DNA of 64,000 nucleotides from Naegleria gruberi (Eukaryota): NCBI GenBank assembly GCA_000004985.1, contig GG738865.1; one strand, 5' to 3'. Shown piece by piece: positions 57,066 to 64,000 of this stretch (position 1 is its first letter; each line of letters starts with the position of its first letter). The notes under the pieces were generated by a model. It saw only the letters and a program-made list of their open reading frames with translations, ran no database searches and was not told where the DNA came from. The position numbers and the translations under genes were made by a program.

Positions 57066-59198
57066 TTAATGTAAATCTAAACTTTTAGCCATTGAAATTA
57101 TTTGATCCAAATCATTTTCGAAATCCTTCACAAGTTCTTGAGGATTGGCAGTTAAGGTATCAGCACAAACACCAAGAACAAGCTTTCCATTATGGCTCGA
57201 CACAGCAAAAGATAATCCAACAGAAGCAGGGGAAGGTGCAAACACAACTAAATTGGATACCTTGACATTCTCCACTGTTAATTGAGTTGAGGATCCAACA
57301 ATATTTGTGAAAACTGCAGAAACCCAATTGGAAACAAACTTGTAAATTGTAGAAACTGTGCTCTTTTGTAAAATATTAACTAGTCTACAAGATTGATATG
57401 TAAAAAATGGTTCTGGAAGTCTCTTGCTCTTATCCATAACCTTCTTGATTTGTAGGAGTCTAGACTCGGGATTTCTAGAGAGATTCTTCAAATTAAGCGG
57501 CACAAGCATAAATCCAAACTTGTTGGATAAGTTGTTAAACTCTTCTTCCTCAAGTCTAATATTTACAGGAACAGATAAGGTAACCTTCATATTGCTTTCA
57601 TTATTGGATCTTCTCTCAGTAAATCTCAATAAGGCTCCAGAAAGGGAATTCAAAACAATATCATTCACTGTAGAGTTGTTACAGATCTTCTTAGCCACCA
57701 GTTTGACATCTGCAATATCAAAAGCCCTTGTCCACGAAACTTGCTTTTCTGTTGAAACTTTTGTTTTGAAAAGACTCTTATCACCTCCTCGAATAATCAT
57801 AGAAATCCACTTGAGTGCAACCATAAGTAAGCCCCATAACAGCCACATAAATGCTATCATTCTAATGATATAGCCAATAACAGGAACGTGTTCCAATGAA
57901 CGAATAGTCTTGGATATGAGTTTCCCCTTTCTTTCATGAAGTTCTTCCTTGAAATGCTCTTCTCCCTGGTCACAGAATTGAGAAAAGAACATTACTAAAG
58001 ATGATCCATCTCCAATAGCATGATGAATTCTAAATAATAACAGATATCCCATGGCAGGACAATTATCAATCACAATACACTCCCACAATGGCTTGGAAAA
58101 ATCAAAGGGTTCACAAACCAATTTACCTAGCAGCTCTCTAACAAGCTCGTGTTCTTCTGTTTCAGAATATTCGCGATTGCCACTCTTTAGTACTCTCATG
58201 TATCTAATATGTTGTTCAATGTCAATAGATCCTTGATCACAAAAAGTATTGTAATCATTGCTAACAGTAGACCTGAATCTTGCATATTGTTGCACAACCC
58301 TCTTATCCAATCGACTTCTCAAATCTTCATGTGAAATAGGACTCTCCAATGTTACAAAGGCACAACAAATGTTGGAATTTGTTGGTTCTTGGGTGATTAA
58401 TGTCATTTTGGTTACATGTGACAAATCTTTGAAAGACGTCTTTCTAATTTCAGTGTTAATACTCAGCTTTTCCAAAACCCTTTTTGCTACTGCATTTCTT
58501 TCTTCAATATATTTGGTTTCCTCCTTTCTTTGTTTGATTGGTTCCTTGAATTCTACTTGGGATGGTGATTCTTGATGATGATTAACAAGGGTGGCAGTTA
58601 CTACAGCTGTACTAACAGAATCCATCTCAATTGAAGAAGAAATTAATAGATTTTCTTTTTCAGGATTTGTTTCCTCTGCAAGAGTTGCCTCTTCTGTGCT
58701 ATTATTGGTTATTTCTTGTGTGGTAGTAATTACTAATTCTTCTTTGATCACATTTTCTTCAATTGGTTTTTCATTCAAGTTTGAGCTTTCTTCCTTGTTG
58801 GGGTTTTGTTCAAAATTGGATTGTTCTGAAATAGGTTCTTGAGTAATTGTGGTCTGATTATCGATCATAGAATGCTCTTCATCATTAGTTATTTTACTTT
58901 CCTCTCCTCCATTGATCACAATTTCAATCGATTGAGCAGATTCGACAATGGTTTCTTCATTTCTTGATTGACTTGGTTCTTCTTCCTTCTTGTGATTATT
59001 TCCATTCATTGCAATAGTAGTAGAAGAATTTTCTGCAACATCCTCGTGATGGTGATGATGATGAGTGGCACTATCAATTTCTTGCATTAAATTCATTCCA
59101 GAAGGCGACAAGAATTCATCCAAACTCAAAGTCTGACTCTTTCTCTTACTTGCTGAGGAAGGAGTTGTTTGATTCTTCTTTTTCTTTTGTTTGGTCAT
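57066..59198 (-). CDS. WS/DGAT-family O-acyltransferase (wax-ester synthase/diacylglycerol acyltransferase-like) with a roughly 300-aa disordered N-terminal extension (710 aa).
   Basis: The C-terminal half has the acyltransferase catalytic motif HHAIGDGSS (HHxxxDG) in the position typical of WS/DGAT, followed by a DUF1298-like region. The N-terminal third is low-complexity (Ser/Glu/Asn-rich) and includes a native His7 run (SATHHHHHHHEDV). It is convergent with the EGF-protein gene, with 56 bp between the stops. Confidence 0.55.
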   Translation of the reverse strand: MTKQKKKKNQTTPSSASKRKSQTLSLDEFLSPSGMNLMQEIDSATHHHHHHEDVAENSSTTIAMNGNNHKKEEEPSQSRNEETIVESAQSIEIVINGGEESKITNDEEHSMIDNQTTITQEPISEQSNFEQNPNKEESSNLNEKPIEENVIKEELVITTTQEITNNSTEEATLAEETNPEKENLLISSSIEMDSVSTAVVTATLVNHHQESPSQVEFKEPIKQRKEETKYIEERNAVAKRVLEKLSINTEIRKTSFKDLSHVTKMTLITQEPTNSNICCAFVTLESPISHEDLRSRLDKRVVQQYARFRSTVSNDYNTFCDQGSIDIEQHIRYMRVLKSGNREYSETEEHELVRELLGKLVCEPFDFSKPLWECIVIDNCPAMGYLLLFRIHHAIGDGSSLVMFFSQFCDQGEEHFKEELHERKGKLISKTIRSLEHVPVIGYIIRMIAFMWLLWGLLMVALKWISMIIRGGDKSLFKTKVSTEKQVSWTRAFDIADVKLVAKKICNNSTVNDIVLNSLSGALLRFTERRSNNESNMKVTLSVPVNIRLEEEEFNNLSNKFGFMLVPLNLKNLSRNPESRLLQIKKVMDKSKRLPEPFFTYQSCRLVNILQKSTVSTIYKFVSNWVSAVFTNIVGSSTQLTVENVKVSNLVVFAPSPASVGLSFAVSSHNGKLVLGVCADTLTANPQELVKDFENDLDQIISMAKSLDLH

Positions 59199-59692
59199 TT
59201 TCTAGGTGTTTTAAGAATTTTCCTTGTTGTGTGTTTAGATTGTTGCTCTTGTTTTTACGACACTTCCGATTAGAAACGATCGAAAATTTGCCTTCTTAAA
59301 CTCTTACTTTGTGGTAAGCTTGAATTGGGACTTTTTTTTCTGTTCTAAAATCCGAGTTGATGGTTGAAATTTTCCCTACCAAAGTTTGCTCTTTCCAGTT
59401 ATTAGTTGGTTATTAATCTATTGATATCAATCGATTATTTTCTACGATATATCCACATTTATAATACCACTAGTAGTACAGAATATGGAGAATTTCCTGT
59501 GTATTTAATATTTGGAGACTAATATACTGCTGATTAAATTACTTTAAATTCCCAATAAATATTATTTCAAATGGTGTTGTATTTTGCCAACATTTCACTT
59601 CATGACTACGAATTCATTGAACATGCTGTGCAATCAATCAAATAATATTTTCTAAATCATGAATATTTTTAATTTTTTAAATTATTAAAAAA

Positions 59693-60601
59693 ATGTCGAG
59701 CAAAAAGTACAAGAACGTGCCGAGCATATTACCACCACAGATTCAGGCCTTGTTTACACCAGGCCCTCCAGTCTCTTTTCTTCCTCCACTCGATGCTAAA
59801 AGAAGAAAGAAAACAAAACATAGAGATCTGAACGGAATTTCAGAATTTGTAGATAAATTTGAACAGGAACAAGTTGAATATGATGCCGAAGGTCAAGCTA
59901 TTCGGACGAAAAAGTATTCAATGCCTGAATCGAGAAGAAAAAGAAAGGAAAGTAGACAAAAAGATAAAGCAATTAAAGTGGAAAATGTTGTAAGAAAAGG
60001 ATTACAAGACTGGGATCCAAATAATGATACAAAGGCAACAACAGAACCATTCAATACATTATTTATTTCAAAGATGAATTATGAAACAACGGAGGATACT
60101 CTTAGGAATGCATTTGGTAAATTTGGACCGATCAAGACTGTTCGTGTTGTACGAGATGCATCAACAAACAAATCGAGAGGCTATGCCTTTGTAGAATTTG
60201 AAAAACATGAAGACATGAAAGAAGCATACAAACTAGGTGATGGTATGGAAATTGATCAGTGGCGTGTACTTGTAGATGTTGAAAGAGGTCGTACTGTAAA
60301 GGATTGGAAACCAAGAAGATTAGGAGGAGGACTGGGTAATTCTCGTGATCCTCCACCTCCAATTGTTGAAGAGAAGGTTGAAGAATTTAGACCTCCACAA
60401 AGTGGAGGAGGAGGTGGTGGTTTCCGTAAATCCTTCGGTGGAGGAGACAGAAGAGGAGGTGGAAGATTTGGTGGAGGTGGTGATAGAAGAGGAGGAGACA
60501 GAAGAGGTGGTGATCGAGGTGATAGAGACCGAGGAGGTTACAGAGATAGTTATGATGACAGAAGATCTTACAAGAGAGGACGTGATTACGATGATAGGTA
60601 A
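59693..60601 (+). CDS. SNRNP70: U1 small nuclear ribonucleoprotein 70 kDa (U1-70K, 302 aa).
   Basis: The conserved U1-70K N-terminal motif (PPLDAKRRKKTKHRDLNGISEF) is present. The RRM carries RNP2 LFISKM and RNP1 RGYAFVEF, followed by DQWRVLVDVERGRTVKDWKPRRLGGGLG, and the C-terminal tail is RG/RD/RS-rich. Start context TTAAAAAAATG. Confidence 0.9.
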   Translation: MSSKKYKNVPSILPPQIQALFTPGPPVSFLPPLDAKRRKKTKHRDLNGISEFVDKFEQEQVEYDAEGQAIRTKKYSMPESRRKRKESRQKDKAIKVENVVRKGLQDWDPNNDTKATTEPFNTLFISKMNYETTEDTLRNAFGKFGPIKTVRVVRDASTNKSRGYAFVEFEKHEDMKEAYKLGDGMEIDQWRVLVDVERGRTVKDWKPRRLGGGLGNSRDPPPPIVEEKVEEFRPPQSGGGGGGFRKSFGGGDRRGGGRFGGGGDRRGGDRRGGDRGDRDRGGYRDSYDDRRSYKRGRDYDDR

Positions 60602-60772
60602 TTAAAAAACATTTTATTAAGGTAGGTATTTATCTTGTTGTTATTGTTTTGAAATTGACAAAGGTACGTAAATGTATTGGAAAAGAAAATAAACTATTTT
60701 TCAAAAATTTAAATTTCTCTTTTTTAATAAATATATTTGTTTTGTAAAATTGATTCGAATTGTTTGTGTTAT

Positions 60773-63036
60773 TTACTCTAAGACTGCCAAAACAGCTTCA
60801 CCTTGAACGAGGTCACCAATAGCATATGGTAAACTCTTGATAACACCATCCTTAGTGGCCAAAATCTTGTGTTCCATCTTCATGGCTTCCATTGCAAGGA
60901 TAGTATCACCCTTTGAAACCTTATCTCCTTCCTTAACCATGACAGCTGTAATTTTACCTGGCATTGGACTCTTCAATGATCCCATAGCTGGACCACCCTT
61001 TTGTTCGAAAGCAGCCAAAACTGGAACAATTTCATATCTTTGACCATCTCTTGTGAAGAGGTAAATTGTCTTTTGGTCGTGACTAAAAGCAAGGGTTGAG
61101 TGGAATTTTCTGCCATCAACAGAAGCAACAATTTCCTTAGTAGTAGCATCATAAGAACCACTAACAACATGGCTATTCTTACCAATCTTCATGACAAATT
61201 TGCTAGTTGTTTGTGGATCCCACACATGTTCAACATTGACAGAAACAATTTGATCTTTGTGGTGTGGATGGTGGAATTCAAAGTTTTCATCGTGATTGTG
61301 ATTGAATCTGAGACCTTTGAGTTGATCGAATGGATCGCTTGAACGCTTAGTTTGTCTATCATTCTTGACAATCAATGAGAGAGTGGACAACAAGAAGACA
61401 GAATCATCAATCTTCTTTTCAGGGAAGAGTTCACTATAATACTTTTGAATAAAGTGAGTTTCCAATTCAGTGACATTCTTAAATCTTTCATTGGTGGCCA
61501 ATCTGATAAGGAATTCAATATTTGTATTCAAACCAGAAATGTGATATCTGTGGAGACAAGAAACCAATTTACGGAGAGCCAATTCTCTGTTTTCGCCCCA
61601 AACAACAAGTTTAGCAATCATTGGATCATAGTAAATGGAAACTTCATCACCTTGTCTGACACCAGTTTCAACTCTGACTTCTCCTGGAATTTCTTCTGGA
61701 GGACTCAAATAACGCAATGTACCAGTACCTGGCAAGAAGTTATTTTCTGGATTTTCAGCATAGATACGAGCTTCGAAAGCATGACCAGTTCTCTTCAATT
61801 CGTTTTGGAGAAGTGGTAATCTATTTCCAGAAGCAACTTGAAGTTGCCATTCAACCAAATCTTGACCAGTAATCATTTCAGTAACTGGATGTTCAACTTG
61901 AAGTCTAGTATTCATTTCCATAAAGTAATAACTATTATCAGCATTGTCCATAATAAATTCGACAGTACCAGCACCAACATATCCAACAGCTCTGGCAGCA
62001 TCTACAGCACTTTCACCCATAGCTCTTCTGACTTCATCTGCCAAACCTGGTGCAGGAGCTTCTTCAATAATCTTTTGATGTCTTCTTTGAACTGAACAAT
62101 CTCTTTCAAACAAGTAAACACAATTTCCGTGAGTATCAGCAAAAACTTGAATTTCAATGTGACGTGGTGTTTGAATATATTTTTCAATTAAAACTCTGTC
62201 ATCACCAAATGAAGCTTTAGCTTCACGTTTAGCAGAAGAGAGAGCTTCTTTGAATTCCTTTTCACTGTGGGCAAGCTTCATACCTTTACCACCACCTCCC
62301 AAGACAGCTTTAATCAAAATTGGGAAACCAATTTTCTTTGCTTCTTCCAATAATTTGTCTTCACCTTGTTCATCTCCGTGATAACCTGGCACAACAGGTA
62401 CTTTGGCATGTTCCATAATCTTTTTACTTTCACTCTTTGATCCCATTGAAATAATAGCTCCTTCTGGTGGTCCAATAAAAACAACACCATTCTTGGCACA
62501 GAGACTGGCAAATTTAGCATTTTCTGACAAGAAACCATAACCAGGGTGAATAGCTTGAGCTCCACATTGTTTGGCAATTTCAAGAATTTTATCACCACAC
62601 AAGTATGATTTGCTTGATTCTGGTGGACCTAACAAGTAGGCTTCATCAGCCATAGCTACGTGCATAGAATTGGCATCGGCTTCACTATAAACAGCAACAG
62701 TTTTAATACCAAGCTTTCTTGCTGTTTTCATAACTCTACAGGCAATTTCACCTCTGTTGGCAATCAAGATTTTATCAAAGAGTGGTTTCTTGTTTTGTTC
62801 ATTGCAAAGTCTGCTGCTGATGATGATTGTGATGTGAGTTGTTGATTCATAATTGTATGAAAATATTTCTTTCCGCATAATGATGATGATGAAACGATCA
62901 TATTTTGTCTCTTATTAGAGAATGAAGATGACTTATTGGCGGCAATAGAATTGGCTGCAACTACACTGGTTGATAAAGCAGCACCAACATTTTTACGGAT
63001 CGATTTTGATTGCTTCAAGCTGTTACGAAGGAGCAT
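60773..63036 (-). CDS. MCCC1: Methylcrotonoyl-CoA carboxylase alpha subunit (biotin carboxylase + BCCP), mitochondrial precursor. The main ORF 60773..62878 is in frame. The presequence exon starting at ATG 63036 is in a different frame, so an intron (candidate 62789..62964) or a one-base frameshift is needed to link it.
   Basis: KILIANRGEIACRVMKTARKLGIKTVAVYSEADANSMHVAMADEAY and the biotin carboxylase ATP-grasp core match MCCC1 better than propionyl-CoA carboxylase alpha. The C-terminal biotinyl domain has the EAMKM attachment motif. Upstream ORF 62764..63036 starts at an A-run ATG (AAAAAAAATG) and encodes a textbook amphipathic presequence, MLLRNSLKQSKSIRKNVGAALSTSVVAANSIAANK. Confidence 0.85.
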
Positions 63037-63411
63037 TTTTTTTGTAAGTTTTGGCTCAGATTTTCATCACAAACAATAAACAATGCAAAATGGTAATGAC
63101 AAACATTAATTGTTTGTTGATGAAGATAATATTCATGAAATGGAAAGAAGTAATGATACGGACTGTGGAATGTAAACTGCAACGATGATGAGCATGTTGT
63201 TCTTTTGCGATTATCGAGTAGTAACAGGAGTGGGACGGTATTCCTTACTTTTGAAAGTCCATTGTGCGGACAGTGGACATAGAAACAGTTTTGCTGTAAT
63301 TGAATTTTGTTTTGAGTGAAAGTTCCATTGAAAAACTAGTTGGCCAAAACTCCAATTGATGAAAATAGCTTACATTCAGCTGGTGTTCGACTCATCACTC
63401 GAATTAAAACA

Positions 63412-63424
63412 TTTGGCGCCAAAA
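63412..63424. promoter_or_regulatory. Perfect palindromic E2F-type site TTTGGCGCCAAAA, 15 bp upstream of the RPA70-like gene's ATG.
   Basis: The third exact copy of TTTGGCGCCAA in the window. It is positioned like the E2F sites of animal and plant DNA-replication genes. Confidence 0.45.
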
Positions 63425-63438
63425 CAAATTCAAAAAAA

Positions 63439-64000
63439 ATGGATGAAATAAATAACTCTCCCGTTATTGCAAATGAAGACGTGTTGGAAAAGTTAGAAAC
63501 ACAAGATACTGATGATGATCATAGCGAACAGCAGGTACAATTATCTACCTTGATACGATCTGGTGTTAATAATTTGGATAGAAATATAAAGATTACATGT
63601 TATGTTCTTCGGATCAAAAGATGTGAGTTTAGGAAATTATCAAATTGATGCTAACAAGAATAATAGTTCATATTGATTCACATTTTCTTAATGTTTCCGA
63701 TGTTTTGATTACACCAACTGTCAATAGTCAGGGTTTTGTGAGTGACAATCATATTTCTGCTGCTCAATTGGTGCAACCAAAAGATGGATATGAAATAACA
63801 ATTACCGATCGTGAAACTGTTATAGTTGTCATTCTATCACCTTTATTGAATGAATTAATAACTCAATCAAAAATTAGAGAAAACACTAAAATAATGATAA
63901 CTAAATATAAAGTGCTAATCGATGAGAAGGTGAAAGGAAAGCAGAAGGGAGTTGTTTTCATTCAATCTTTGGAAATTATTTCACAAAACAAAAAACCACG
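63439..64000 (+). CDS. RPA1: Replication protein A large subunit (RPA70)-like, N-terminal part; the CDS continues beyond the window. Model: join(63439..63622, 63667..>64000), intron 63623..63666 (44 nt).
   Basis: Start context CAAAAAAAATG. A GTGAGT donor lies in phase 1 after ...YVLRIKR, with a TGCTAAC branch-like motif and an AATAATAG acceptor. The spliced product QLSTLIRSGVNNLDRNIKITCYVLRIKRF... and KIMITKYKVLIDEKVKGKQKGVVFIQSLEII align with the human RPA70 N-terminal OB fold ([30 protein letters not shown] ... [26 protein letters not shown]). A roughly 35-aa acidic N-terminal extension precedes the fold. Confidence 0.5.

Noticed and set aside
1-64000. Prokaryotic-style features: operons, CRISPR arrays, defence islands, IS elements and tRNA/rRNA genes.
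   Set aside because: The sequence is clearly eukaryotic: it has spliceosomal introns, U1-70K, dynein, mitochondrial targeting peptides and A-run start context. No CRISPR-like direct-repeat/spacer structure was seen. No tRNA-like T-loop/acceptor combinations (GGTTCGAATCC-type) were found in intergenic DNA. There are no terminal inverted repeats or transposase-like ORFs.

Overview
This window is a gene-dense, AT-rich (about one-third GC) eukaryotic nuclear segment, not prokaryotic. It holds about 20 protein-coding genes on both strands, with intergenic spacers of roughly 20-800 bp. At least 12 short spliceosomal introns (42-302 nt) are visible. Their donors are GTAAGT/GTATGT/GTTAGT/GTGAGT, the acceptor is (A/T)AG, and many carry a yTAAy (CTAAC/TTAAC/CTAAT) branch-like motif. 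Start codons are typically preceded by an A-run (AAAAAAATG). The six-frame ORF track uses alternative start codons (TTG/GTG/CTG shown as M), so its N-termini are unreliable, and several of its ORFs are exons of one gene. Genes found: two divergently paired atypical ABCG-type half-transporters; an acidic coiled-coil/IQ protein; sphingolipid delta-4 desaturase (3 exons); a CH-domain + filamin-repeat + IpgD/SopB/INPP4-like CX5R phosphatase fusion (3 exons); valyl-tRNA synthetase; a ~4581-aa axonemal-type dynein heavy chain (3 exons); Phe-tRNA synthetase alpha; a RasGEF; a Yip1-family protein; a ~1179-aa MYND+TPR protein (4 exons); a secreted hypothetical protein; an acid-lipase-family hydrolase; mitochondrial EF-G; a very large EGF-repeat type I membrane protein whose model is interrupted by two frame breaks; a WS/DGAT-like acyltransferase; U1-70K; methylcrotonoyl-CoA carboxylase alpha, whose mitochondrial presequence exon is out of frame; and the 5' part of an RPA70-like gene. 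No tRNA/rRNA genes, CRISPR arrays or transposons were recognised. The content (flagellar dynein, mitochondrial EF-G and methylcrotonoyl-CoA carboxylase, U1-70K, few short introns, A-rich start context) fits a free-living amoeboflagellate-type protist, possibly a heterolobosean such as Naegleria; this is inference only. Main points of interest: a recurring E2F-like palindrome TTTGGCGCCAA in three promoters, including directly upstream of the RPA70-like gene; GC-flanked CCAAT-like boxes; the cytoskeletal-anchor/phosphoinositide-phosphatase fusion; the ABCG pair with an extra two-TM luminal module; and three frame disruptions of the same sign that are either single-base assembly errors, pseudogenisation or introns.
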